Below, piece by piece: positions 1 to 9,432 of a stretch of DNA of 49,221 nt. The stretch comes from Desulfosoma sp. (GTDB taxonomy: Bacteria; Desulfobacterota; Syntrophobacteria; Syntrophobacterales; DSM-9756). Each line of letters starts with the position of its first letter. Position 1 is the stretch's first letter. Both the position numbers and the translations under genes were made by a program. A model generated the notes under the pieces. That model ran no database searches, had not been told where the DNA came from, and saw only the letters and a list, made by a program, of their open reading frames with translations. The stretch lies in the NCBI GenBank assembly GCA_037481835.1, contig JBBFKW010000018.1, positions 1 through 49,221 of the forward strand. Reading direction: 5' to 3'.

Positions 1-25
1 TAGGGGCGGGCCGATGTTCCCGCCC
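1..25 (+). repeat. Probable GTAG-family REP palindrome, truncated at the window start
   Basis: TAGGGGCGGG-CCGATGTT-CCCGCCC: (G)TAG followed by a GGGCGGG/CCCGCCC hairpin. Single copy in the window. Confidence 0.45.
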
Positions 26-57
26 ATCGTTTCTCTAACGCCTGCAGGAGTGCACAC

Positions 58-2781
58 ATGGGACTGTTCAATCTCGAGCGGATGTTCAACCCCAAGACAG
101 TGGCCGTCATCGGAGCCAGTGAACGCCCGGACAGTGTGGGCGCAGCCGTGATGCGAAACCTCGTGGATGGGGGGTTCCCCGGGACCGTTTATCCCATCAA
201 CCCGAGACGCTCCACCGTTCAGGGCCTAAAAGCCTTTCCCAGCCTTCGGGACGCTCCCAGTCCTATCGACCTGGCCATCGTGGCCACGCCCATCCACACC
301 GTCCCGGAGATCATGAAAGAATGCGGTGCCAAGAGCGTGGCGGGGGCCATTATCCTTTCCGCCGGAGGGCGGGAGATAGGGGAGGAAGGCCGGCGGCTGG
401 AAGAGGCCATCGCCCGCCAAGCCGCGGAAGCCAACGTGCGCATCATCGGCCCCAACTGCCTCGGGGTGATCATTCCGGGGGTGAAGCTTAACGCCAGTTT
501 CGCGGCCCACATGCCCAAGGCAGGCCGATTGGCTTTCATCTCCCAGAGCGGGGCCTTGTGCACGGCCATCCTGGATTTGTCCTTGCAAGAAGGCATCGGC
601 TTCAGCCATTTCGTCAGCATCGGATCCATGCTGGACGTGGATTTTGCGGACCTCATCGATTACCTGGGCAACGAATTCCGGGTGACGAGTATCCTCCTGT
701 ACGTGGAAAGCATCCCCAACCTGCGCAAGTTCATGAGCGCCGCCCGGGCCGTCTCGCGCATCAAGCCCATCGTCGTGCTGAAGTCGGGAAAAAGCCCGGC
801 GGGCGCCCGGGCGGCCTCGTCGCATACCGGGGCCATGGCCGGAGAAGACGCCCTTTATGATGCGGCTTTCCGCCGCGCCGGCGTGCTGCGCGTGCAGACC
901 ATCGGGGAACTTTTCGACTGCGCGGAACTCTTGGCCAAGCAGCCCCGACCTGAAGGCCCGCGGTTGGCCATCATCACCAATGCCGGCGGCCCCGGCGTCA
1001 TGGCCGCGGACGCGTTGGCCGAATACGGCTTGGAACCTGCGCCGTTGAGGGAAGAGACGCTGGCGGCGCTGGATGCGGTTCTGCCGCCGTGTTGGAGCCG
1101 CAACAACCCCGTGGATATCCTGGGGGACGCCTCACCCGAGCGCTATGCCAAGGCGCTCCAAGTGTGCCTGGATTCCACGGACATCAACGGCGTCCTGCTC
1201 ATCTTGACCCCGCAGGCCATGACCGATCCTACGGGAGTGGCCCGCCAGGTTGCTTCCATGGCCGCCCGCCGTCCCTGTCCCGTGCTGGCGTCCTGGATGG
1301 GCGGCGTGAACGTGGAAGAAGGCCGAAAAATCCTCAACCAAGCCGGCATCCCCACCTATGCGACCCCGGAGCAGGCCATTCGGGCCTTCATGGAATTGCA
1401 CCAGTACGCCGTGAACCAAAGGATGCTCAAGGAGATCCCCAAGAGGTTCCGGGGGGACCTGACCTTCGACACCGATAGGGCCGCAACGATTCTCCGCAAG
1501 GGGCTCGGCCGATCCAACGGGATGCTCACCGAGGTGGAATCCAAGGGGCTGTTGGAAGCCTACGGCATTCCCACCACGGCGACCCGGCTTGCCACGGACG
1601 AAGACCAGGCCGTCCTTTTCGCCAGGGACATGGGCTTCCCCGTGGTCCTCAAGATCAGCTCCCCGGACATCGTGCACAAGACGGAAGCGGGGGGCATCCA
1701 GCTGGATCTTCAAGACGAGGACCAGGTGCGAAAGGCGTTTCGCGCCATTGTGCAGAGCGCCCGCGCGTACAAGCCGGATGCCGAAATCCAGGGGGTGTCC
1801 GTTCAGCCCATGCTGCGCAGCGCGCAAGGTTCCGCCGGCGTGGAACTTATCGTCGGGGCCAAGAGAGACGACCAGTTCGGCCCGGTTATTCTTTTCGGCA
1901 TGGGCGGGATTCTGGCGGAGCTTCTCCAAGACCGTTCCCTGGGCCTTCCGCCCCTTAACCGGGCCCTGGCGCGGCGTCTCATGGAAGACACCAAGGTCTA
2001 CAAGGTGCTCCAAGGGTACCGCAATCTTCCGCCGGCCAACATGGCGGCCTTGGAAGAGCTGCTCATCAGGTTGAGCCAGCTCGTGACGGATTTCCCGGAA
2101 ATCGGCGAACTGGACATGAACCCGGTGATCCTCCAGCACGGCCGTCCCTGGGCTGTGGATGCCCGGGTGCTGGTGCGACCCAGCGCCGTGCCGTCGCCCA
2201 TGCATCTCATCATCAGCCCCTATCCGGCGCGCTATGAAAAGCATGCCGTAACTTCTTCCGGGCTTCCCGTGTTCATCCGGCCCATCAAGCCGGAAGATGC
2301 GCCCTTGCTGGTGGATCTCTTCCACGTGCTGTCGCCGACGAGCATCTACTTTCGGTTCTTCAGCCCCCTCAAGGAGCTTTCGGAGGACATGCTGGCGCGG
2401 TTCACCCAGATCGATTACGACCGGGAAATCGCCATGGTGGCCGTGGAAGAACCGGGAACGGGCGGGGAGAAACTGTTGGGCGTGGCGCGCGTGATCAGCG
2501 ATCCGGACGGCAAGAAGGCCGAATTCGCAGTGCTCGTGGGCGATCCCTGGCAGGGCAAGGGGATCGGCGCGTTGCTCCTGGAAATCTGCCTGCACATCGC
2601 CAAGGAGCGGGGGATCGAAACGGTGTGGGGGACGGTGCTTCAGGAAAACACGCAGATGCTGGCATTGGGACGCAAACTGGGTTTTCGCATCTGCAGGGTG
2701 CCTGAAACCACGGACTGTGAGTTGACCATTGACCTGCGCCACGTGAGCTTCGACGAGCACGGGCGCATCGTGCCCTCCTGA
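58..2781 (+). CDS. Acyl-CoA synthetase (NDP-forming)-like / GNAT fusion, Pat/Pka-type protein lysine acetyltransferase
   Basis: 907 aa. CoA-binding N-terminus (VAVIGAS, GPNCLG, SQSGA), SHTG motif, ATP-grasp region (LKISSPDIVHKTEAGG) and C-terminal GNAT (IRPIKPED...WQGKGIG). SD AGGAG upstream. Confidence 0.92.
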   Translation: MGLFNLERMFNPKTVAVIGASERPDSVGAAVMRNLVDGGFPGTVYPINPRRSTVQGLKAFPSLRDAPSPIDLAIVATPIHTVPEIMKECGAKSVAGAIILSAGGREIGEEGRRLEEAIARQAAEANVRIIGPNCLGVIIPGVKLNASFAAHMPKAGRLAFISQSGALCTAILDLSLQEGIGFSHFVSIGSMLDVDFADLIDYLGNEFRVTSILLYVESIPNLRKFMSAARAVSRIKPIVVLKSGKSPAGARAASSHTGAMAGEDALYDAAFRRAGVLRVQTIGELFDCAELLAKQPRPEGPRLAIITNAGGPGVMAADALAEYGLEPAPLREETLAALDAVLPPCWSRNNPVDILGDASPERYAKALQVCLDSTDINGVLLILTPQAMTDPTGVARQVASMAARRPCPVLASWMGGVNVEEGRKILNQAGIPTYATPEQAIRAFMELHQYAVNQRMLKEIPKRFRGDLTFDTDRAATILRKGLGRSNGMLTEVESKGLLEAYGIPTTATRLATDEDQAVLFARDMGFPVVLKISSPDIVHKTEAGGIQLDLQDEDQVRKAFRAIVQSARAYKPDAEIQGVSVQPMLRSAQGSAGVELIVGAKRDDQFGPVILFGMGGILAELLQDRSLGLPPLNRALARRLMEDTKVYKVLQGYRNLPPANMAALEELLIRLSQLVTDFPEIGELDMNPVILQHGRPWAVDARVLVRPSAVPSPMHLIISPYPARYEKHAVTSSGLPVFIRPIKPEDAPLLVDLFHVLSPTSIYFRFFSPLKELSEDMLARFTQIDYDREIAMVAVEEPGTGGEKLLGVARVISDPDGKKAEFAVLVGDPWQGKGIGALLLEICLHIAKERGIETVWGTVLQENTQMLALGRKLGFRICRVPETTDCELTIDLRHVSFDEHGRIVPS

Positions 2782-2815
2782 GGAAGGGCTTACGGGCCAT
2801 TGGGGAGGACATCCG

Positions 2816-3772
2816 ATGAACAAAAAGAAAATCCTCGTGGCCGTGGATGGATCTCGATGGGCCATGGATGCCGTCAGGTATGCCACCGAGGTGGGCGACC
2901 CTCAAAGAGCGGAGGTGGTCCTCTTTCACGTGACCATGCCCGTTCCGGAAAGCTTTTATGATGTGGAAAAGAACCCGGCCTTTCGAACCAGCCGCGCTCC
3001 CGCCCGGGCCTGGGAAGACGCGTGGCGCCTTATGATCGAGGATTTCATGGAAAGGGCTTCCCAAGTCCTGAAAAGGGCGGGGTTTGAGGGGGCCGGGGTT
3101 CAGGTGATCATCAAGACCCGGCAGGTGGGCATTGCGCGGGACATCATCACAGAAGCGGAAAAAGGCTATGACGCCGTGGTCGTGGGGCGACGCGGCATGA
3201 GCGACATGAAGGATTTGGTGCTGGGTGGCGTGAGCACAAAGCTGATAAGCCGCCTGAACCGGGTGCCCCTGTGGCTTGTGGGCGAAAAGAAGCGCGCCGA
3301 TGGTTTCCTTGTGGCGTTGGATGCTTCGGAGGAAGCCCTGAAAGCCGTCACCGTCGCCGCCCCGTTCTTGGCGGCCAAACCGCGCCAAGTTTTGCTGCTC
3401 CATGTGATTCGAGGTCTGGATCCCCAAACGGAAGCTCTGGCTCGATTCCTGGCCCCTGAAGACCAGAAGGATTGGCTGAAAAAAGTCTGGGAGGAAATGG
3501 AACGGGCCGCGGGCGCCATGGACGAGGTGTTGGAGAGGGCTTTCATGATTCTGGAAGAGCACGGGGTGCCGCGGGATCTGGTGCAGACAAGGGTCGTGAC
3601 CGGAGTCTCCAGCCGGGCGGCCGCCATCGTGGAGGAAGCCGAAACGAGGGGAAGCGCAACCATCGTCATGGGGCGGCGCGGCTTGAGCCGCGTTGAGGAA
3701 TTTTTCATGGGACGGGTGAGCAACAAGGTGATCCAACTGGCCAAAAAGCATACCGTCTGGATCGTCCAGTAA
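2816..3772 (+). CDS. Universal stress protein, tandem UspA domains
   Basis: ILVAVDGS...VVVGRRG...LGGVS, then FLVALDAS...IVMGRRG...MGRVSNKV. SD GGAGG upstream. Confidence 0.9.
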   Translation: MNKKKILVAVDGSRWAMDAVRYATEVGDPQRAEVVLFHVTMPVPESFYDVEKNPAFRTSRAPARAWEDAWRLMIEDFMERASQVLKRAGFEGAGVQVIIKTRQVGIARDIITEAEKGYDAVVVGRRGMSDMKDLVLGGVSTKLISRLNRVPLWLVGEKKRADGFLVALDASEEALKAVTVAAPFLAAKPRQVLLLHVIRGLDPQTEALARFLAPEDQKDWLKKVWEEMERAAGAMDEVLERAFMILEEHGVPRDLVQTRVVTGVSSRAAAIVEEAETRGSATIVMGRRGLSRVEEFFMGRVSNKVIQLAKKHTVWIVQ

Positions 3773-3930
3773 ATCCCGGCGTGCCTTCGGCCGGAGAGCA
3801 GCCGCGGGCCGGCGCCGGGAAAGGGTGGGCACGGGCTTGAGGGTTTGTGAAAGTTTTCAAGCAATCCATGCGAACTGCCGATTTAGTCTAAGGGAACAGC
3901 ACTGCTGCGACTTTCGAGTGGGAATTCCCC

Positions 3931-5223
3931 ATGGACGTCATCACGACCCATAAGAACGTGGATTTCGATGCCCTGGCCTCCGTTGTGGCCGCATCCCATC
4001 TTTACCCCGACGCCCGCATCGTCCTTCCTCGCAGTATCAACGCCAACGTGCGGGCGTTTCTTTCCATCCACAAGGATCTCTTTCCCGTTCTGAGCCCCTT
4101 GGAACTCCGCCACGACGAGGTCTCCCGCCTTGTCGTGGTGGATGCCAACCGCTGGGAGCGGCTCGATGGCCTGAACCAGCTCATGGGCCGCTCCGACCTG
4201 GAAATCCATCTTTTCGACCATCACCCGGAAATCGGCGACATCCACCCTTCCCAGGGCAAACAGGCCCTGGTGGGCTCGGCCGCCACGCTGCTCGTGCAGG
4301 AACTGGAGAAACGCCGCACAGGGATCGATCCCATCCACGCCACCCTCTTCTTGGCGGGCATCTATGAGGACACGGGACACCTTACCTTTCCGTGCACCAA
4401 ACCCGAGGACGCACGGGCCGCCGCTTTCCTCTTGGAAGTGCAGGCGGACCTGAACGTGATCCAAACGGCTTTGAGGCCGGGCTACGGGCCTCAGCACAAG
4501 GAGATCCTCACCCGCCTCCTGGAAACCGCCCGGCGTACCTCCTTGAACGGCCATGTGGTGTGCTTCGCCGACGCGGATCTCAACGGGCACGTGTCCGGAC
4601 TCGCCTCCGTGGTGGCCATGCTGCGGGACATTTTGAGCGCCGATGTGATCTTCGGCATGTTCTGGGACGCCCGGCGAAAGCAAAGCATCGTCATCGCCCG
4701 AAGCGGATCGGAAAGCGTGGATGTGGCGGCCATCATGAAGCCCTTGGGCGGCGGGGGGCGACCGGAGGCGGCGTCCGCCTTGGTCAAGGGGGCGCGCCCG
4801 GAAGGGGTGGAGACCTGGATTCGGGAGCTTTTGGCGCAAAACGGGCACGCGTCGGTGCAGATTTTCGACCTCATGTCCTTTCCCGTCTTTACCGTGGATC
4901 CGGATGACACGGTGGAGACGGTCCATGAGCAGCTTCGGGAGAGGGGCCACACGGGCGCACCCGTCATGGACGGGGAAAAACTCGTGGGCGTCATCTCCGT
5001 TCGCGACCTCGTCAAATTGGAACGGCCCACCCAGCGTTCGGCTCCCGTCAAAGCCTTCATGAAAAGGGATGTGGTCACCATCGCGCCGCAGGCCTCCATC
5101 ACCACCGCCTTGCGGCTCATGGTCAAACACGACATCGGGCGACTGCCCGTGGTGGACGACGGGCGCCTTGTGGGGATCGTCACGCGATCCGATCTGATGC
5201 TCTACTATTACAACCTCATTTGA
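3931..5223 (+). CDS. DHH/DHHA1 phosphoesterase-like protein with two CBS domains
   Basis: TTHKNVDFD, VVVD, FDHH, GIYEDTG and GGGGR motifs, followed by two CBS repeats (GAPVMD..LVGVIS; GRLPVVD..LVGIVT). Confidence 0.85.
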   Translation: MDVITTHKNVDFDALASVVAASHLYPDARIVLPRSINANVRAFLSIHKDLFPVLSPLELRHDEVSRLVVVDANRWERLDGLNQLMGRSDLEIHLFDHHPEIGDIHPSQGKQALVGSAATLLVQELEKRRTGIDPIHATLFLAGIYEDTGHLTFPCTKPEDARAAAFLLEVQADLNVIQTALRPGYGPQHKEILTRLLETARRTSLNGHVVCFADADLNGHVSGLASVVAMLRDILSADVIFGMFWDARRKQSIVIARSGSESVDVAAIMKPLGGGGRPEAASALVKGARPEGVETWIRELLAQNGHASVQIFDLMSFPVFTVDPDDTVETVHEQLRERGHTGAPVMDGEKLVGVISVRDLVKLERPTQRSAPVKAFMKRDVVTIAPQASITTALRLMVKHDIGRLPVVDDGRLVGIVTRSDLMLYYYNLI

Positions 5224-5452
5224 GGGGAAGAAACGAAGCCTTTAAGGGATGAAAGAGGGCTCGACCGCCATTTCCTTCGCCCATGCGAAGGCAGGGCAAG
5301 AAAGGCCGATTGGAGGGAGAAAAGGCGCGAACGGCCCGGTCAGGGGGGAGAATGCGGGGAGCCGGCCCATATTCTGGCAATCGGGAACCGAGCCGGACCG
5401 CTCACGCGCCGGAGCCGGGCCGCGGAATCGTGCGGCCCGGATACCCCTTTGA

Positions 5453-6775
5453 TCAGTAACCGCCGTCCACATCCACGCCGAAGCGTTCCCACTGGGCCTT
5501 GGCTTCCTGCTGGGCCTTCTCGATTTCCTCGTCGCTCCAGGGTTCGATGATCAGCGTGTCGGCCACCAGTTCCCAGATGTATTTCACCTCGTAAGTTGCG
5601 TCTTCCGGATAATACTTGGGCAGCCGTTTCATCATCTGGTCGTGGCAGTTGGAGCAGCCCACGACGACCACGTCCGCTCCGGCGTTCTTGATCTGCTTGA
5701 CTTTGTAGCGCCCGTGGTAGGCCGACTCCTGCTCGAAGGGCATGGGCCACATGCCGCCGCCGGCGCCGCAACAATAATTCATGCTTCGGTTGGGTTCCAT
5801 GTCCACGAACTGATCGACGCACTGCTGGATGATCCAGCGGGGTTCCTCATAGTAGCCCTTGCCGAAGTTGCGTTCCAGTTCGCGCCCGTGTTTACAGGAA
5901 TCGTGCCAGGTAAAGACCTTGCCCGCATTGCGGCTCTTGTCCAGCTTGATGCGCCCCTTCTCGATGATTTCCTTCAAATAATCGTAGAGATAGATATAAT
6001 CCACGCGGTTATTGGGGTCTTCCATGGAACAGACCTTCATTCCTTTGCGACAGCCATAAGATCCGCCGCCGCAGTCGGGCATGATCATGCGTTTGACCTT
6101 CAGCCGTTTCATGTGGTCGATCTTGCGCTGGGCCAAGGTCTTCGTCGCTTCGTAATTGCCCGTAAAAAGCCCCCAATCCACAGCCTCCCAGTTCGTGGAT
6201 GGAATGGTCCAGTTTTCCTTGGCGGCGTAGAAGATCTTCCACCACCACTTCATGTCTTCATTGTCGGCGAAAACTTCCTTGGAATTGGGGAAAAAGAGAA
6301 TATCCGCCCCTTCCTTGTCGATGGGCACATAAAAGCCGGGACACTCTTCGGCGGCCAGTTCAGCGCCCATGTCGGCCATGAGAAAGAGGTAATCTTCCAG
6401 CGGGATGGCCATGTTGTTGCCGGTGTTGAGGACGTTTTCCACGCCCTTGTGGAGAATGCCGGGAACCTGATCCCGAGGTCTCAGGTGCTTCATGTGCGCC
6501 AGGATGGCCACGATGTCAATGCCCATGGGGCAGGCGTGGGCGCAGCGGCCGCATCCCGTGCATAGCCAGGGGAACTTGGACTGGACGACCTCGTCCAAGA
6601 GCCCGAAGGAGAGCATGCGGATGACCTTTCGGGTGTCCCAGCCTTCCATGCCCGGCGTTCCCGTGATGGGGCAGCCGTTGGAACACGTGCCGCAGGTGAG
6701 GCACAAGGTGAGGTCGAATTTGTTCAGATATTCTTTGACGTCATCCCGGAGTTTCTTCGGAGCCAGCATGTCCAT
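5453..6775 (-). CDS. (Fe-S)-binding oxidoreductase, 2x[4Fe-4S] plus CCG domain (HdrD/GlpC-like)
   Basis: CLTCGTCSNGCP and CTGCGRCAHACP ferredoxin motifs, then WHDSC, CCGAGGG and GCSNC. Confidence 0.88.
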   Translation of the reverse strand: MDMLAPKKLRDDVKEYLNKFDLTLCLTCGTCSNGCPITGTPGMEGWDTRKVIRMLSFGLLDEVVQSKFPWLCTGCGRCAHACPMGIDIVAILAHMKHLRPRDQVPGILHKGVENVLNTGNNMAIPLEDYLFLMADMGAELAAEECPGFYVPIDKEGADILFFPNSKEVFADNEDMKWWWKIFYAAKENWTIPSTNWEAVDWGLFTGNYEATKTLAQRKIDHMKRLKVKRMIMPDCGGGSYGCRKGMKVCSMEDPNNRVDYIYLYDYLKEIIEKGRIKLDKSRNAGKVFTWHDSCKHGRELERNFGKGYYEEPRWIIQQCVDQFVDMEPNRSMNYCCGAGGGMWPMPFEQESAYHGRYKVKQIKNAGADVVVVGCSNCHDQMMKRLPKYYPEDATYEVKYIWELVADTLIIEPWSDEEIEKAQQEAKAQWERFGVDVDGGY

Positions 6776-6902
6776 GAACCTTTCCTCCTTGTTCGATCCC
6801 GTCGCCGCAGCCCGCGAAGCCCTTCGGGCGCCTCGCCCGGCGATGCGGAAAGCCGCTTTCCCACACTCGAGCTTTTCTATGTTCCTTGGGCCGGGAGATC
6901 AA

Positions 6903-6917
6903 ATAGGAATTTCCGAT
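6903..6917. promoter_or_regulatory. Putative operator palindrome ATAGGA-N3-TCCGAT
   Basis: Matches the palindrome at 12537-12551 at 12/15 positions. Lies 128 bp upstream of the CCG gene start. Confidence 0.4.
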
Positions 6918-6935
6918 TGAACGATCTCTTTCTCA

Positions 6936-7658
6936 TTAAAAAGAAAGATAATCTGACAATGAAGAATCAAGGAAGAGGCGGCCGTCCTGGAGGCGAAAGA
7001 CGCAATCGGCCAGGCGGCGCACCTGATCCGTGGAATGGGAAACCACGAGGACCGTCAACTGGCGCTTCAAGTCCAGGAGGAGGTTCTCGATGACCCGAGC
7101 CGCCTTTTCGTCCAGGGATGAGGTCGGTTCGTCGAGGAGCACCACTTCGGGATCCAGGCTCAGGGCTCGGGCGATGCAGAGCCGTTGCTGCTGCCCTCCG
7201 GACAGATGCCGGGCGTCTTCGTAGAGCCGGTCTTTGACTTCATCCCAAAGGTAAGCCTTCATCAGAGCCGTGTAGACCGTCTCCTCCAGGGTGCTTCGGT
7301 CTCGAACGCCCATGATCCTATGGGGGAAGGCCACGTTGTTGAAAATCGTCATGGGCAAAGGGTTCGGCATCTGAAAGACCATGGCCACACGGCGCCTCAG
7401 CGTAGGTGACGGAAAAGACGGGTCCGAGACACACCGCAGGCGACCGTCCAAGGTGATCCACACCTTTCCTTCCATGCGGGCTTCGGGGATTTCTTCCCAA
7501 AGCCGGTTCACGCACATGAGCAGAGTGCTTTTCCCCTGGCCGGACGGTCCGACGATGACGGCCAATTCATGGTCGTGGAAATCGGCGTCAATGTCTTGAA
7601 AAACGAATCGTGTCCCGTAGCGGAAGGACACCTTTTCCAGCCGGATTTTCACACTCAT
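6936..7658 (-). CDS. PstB-like ABC transporter ATPase
   Basis: Walker A GPSGQGKST, LSGGQQQRLCIARAL, LLDEPTS, MVFQMPNPLP. Confidence 0.88.
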   Translation of the reverse strand: MSVKIRLEKVSFRYGTRFVFQDIDADFHDHELAVIVGPSGQGKSTLLMCVNRLWEEIPEARMEGKVWITLDGRLRCVSDPSFPSPTLRRRVAMVFQMPNPLPMTIFNNVAFPHRIMGVRDRSTLEETVYTALMKAYLWDEVKDRLYEDARHLSGGQQQRLCIARALSLDPEVVLLDEPTSSLDEKAARVIENLLLDLKRQLTVLVVSHSTDQVRRLADCVFRLQDGRLFLDSSLSDYLSF

Positions 7659-7672
7659 GGCCGACGTGACCT

Positions 7673-8557
7673 TTATCGTCCGTAAAAAGCCCGGCGCCCC
7701 ACACGACGACGAATGGACAGAGCGACGAGGTAAAGGCCGAGAGAGAGGGTCAAGAGGAGGAGGGCCGCCCCGAAGCCCCGCTCCAATTCCTCGGATGAGG
7801 TGTATTGCGACGATACGTAGTAAATGTAAAAGGGCAGGGCCTCAAAGTTTTCCAAAAGCGACCGGGGCATTCCCGCAAGCGCGACGGCTCCTGTGAGAAG
7901 AATCACCGCGGTGTCTTCGGCGCACCGCCCGATGGCCAGGATGACCCCCGTGGCGATGGCGTTCAGGCTGCTCGGCAAGAGCACGTGCCAGAGATTTTGG
8001 ATGCGGTGGGCTCCGAGACTGAGCGCCGTGAGGCGCAGGGATAAGGGCACCCCTTCCAGGGCGGACTGGACGGCTCGGATCAGATAGGGAAGGACAAGGA
8101 TGCCCAGGCAGAAGCCGGAAAGCACCAGACACGGCCCGATCCTCACCGACACGAACCGATGCAGCGCCAGGGACAAGCTGAAACCGAAGAGGCCGATCAC
8201 GATGGAAGGAATCCCCGCAAGGATGTCAAAAGCGACGCTCAGCATCTTTTTGGTGCGGCCCCGTGCGAATTCGGCGAGATAGATCCCGGCGGCCAAGCCC
8301 ATGGGCACGGCAAAGCCGACGGCCAGAAGGACGACGGCGACGGTGCCGACCACGGCGGGCCACAACCCGTCAAAGACGGGAACTCTTCCAAGCACGGCGT
8401 CCCATGGGGGAGTGGAGCCGAAGAGGAGCGACAATCGCACGGCGGGGGCGCCTCGCCAGATCACAAAGCCGACCACCGCCCCTGCGCCCGAAAGGACCGC
8501 CAGGGCGCTTCCCGCCGCCCAAATTTTCAAGAGGAAAAACCTTGCGGCTGTTTTCAT
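7673..8557 (-). CDS. PstA-like ABC permease
   Basis: LAGIPSIVIGLFG and AIGRCAEDTA motifs. Start moved to ATG 8557 (MKTAARF), which overlaps the stop of the upstream gene (ATGA). Confidence 0.85.
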   Translation of the reverse strand: MKTAARFFLLKIWAAGSALAVLSGAGAVVGFVIWRGAPAVRLSLLFGSTPPWDAVLGRVPVFDGLWPAVVGTVAVVLLAVGFAVPMGLAAGIYLAEFARGRTKKMLSVAFDILAGIPSIVIGLFGFSLSLALHRFVSVRIGPCLVLSGFCLGILVLPYLIRAVQSALEGVPLSLRLTALSLGAHRIQNLWHVLLPSSLNAIATGVILAIGRCAEDTAVILLTGAVALAGMPRSLLENFEALPFYIYYVSSQYTSSEELERGFGAALLLLTLSLGLYLVALSIRRRVGRRAFYGR

Positions 8558-9432
8558 GGGCGGTTTTCCAAGAGCCGAGACCGGAGACTCCAGGCGGCGA
8601 GGGCGACGGCGGCATTCACGGCATAGAGGACCACCCCGCATACGAAAATGGACGCGAATTCCAGGCTTTGGAAATCGGCGGCAATTACCAAAGCGATATG
8701 GGCGGTCAGGGTTCGTGCCGAGTGGAAGAGGCTCGAGGGAAACACAGCGGCGTTTCCGGCGAGCATCAAAGAAATGAGGGTGTCTCCAAACGCCCTGCCG
8801 AAGGCCAAAAGAACCCCCGTGATCAAACCCGCTCGGGCGCACGGCAGGACGACCCACAGGAATTTTTCAGCCGGGCCGGCGCCCAAGGCGCTGGCCGCGA
8901 GGACGTATTCCTTGGGCACCGATTCCATGGCGTCAATGAAAAAAAGCACCATGGTGGGAGTGATCATCAGGGCAAGGACCAGCAGGGCCGAGAGGAGGCA
9001 GCGTCCCGAGCCGGCCTGAACCAGATCCCGAACCGTTGGGACGACAAGAAAGACACCGACGAAACCGTACACGACGGTGGGGATGCTGGTCATGGTCTGC
9101 ACAAAGCGGCGGACGAAAAACGCCGGTTTTGGTCGTCCGAAAATGGTGACGAAAGCCGCACAGCCCAAACTGGCGGGGATCGCCAGGGCCAGGGCCCCGG
9201 AAGACAAGGCGAGACTGGCCCCGATCATGGGCCTGATGCCGTATCGGCCTTGCAGGGGGGCCCAGTCTTGGATGAGGACGCGGAAGACTTGGCCGTGAGT
9301 GAAAAGGGGGAAGGACAAGACGAGCATGTAGACGAAAATGGCCCCGGTCAGCACCGCCGCCGTGATGACCGCTGCCCCCAGGATCATCCGCGCCGCCCGC
9401 TCGGACCTCGATCCGTCGTCCTGTCTTTTCAT
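8554..9432 (-). CDS. PstC-like ABC permease
   Basis: SIPTVVYGF, GRAFGDT and RTLTAHIA motifs. 4-bp overlap with the upstream gene. Confidence 0.85.
   Translation of the reverse strand: MKRQDDGSRSERAARMILGAAVITAAVLTGAIFVYMLVLSFPLFTHGQVFRVLIQDWAPLQGRYGIRPMIGASLALSSGALALAIPASLGCAAFVTIFGRPKPAFFVRRFVQTMTSIPTVVYGFVGVFLVVPTVRDLVQAGSGRCLLSALLVLALMITPTMVLFFIDAMESVPKEYVLAASALGAGPAEKFLWVVLPCARAGLITGVLLAFGRAFGDTLISLMLAGNAAVFPSSLFHSARTLTAHIALVIAADFQSLEFASIFVCGVVLYAVNAAVALAAWSLRSRLLENRP

Noticed and set aside
1132..2886. Long antisense or alternate-frame ORFs (also 14732-16396, 17887-19767, 22798-24141, 34301-35914)
   Set aside because: Shadows of well-supported genes in high-GC DNA, with no recognisable motifs.
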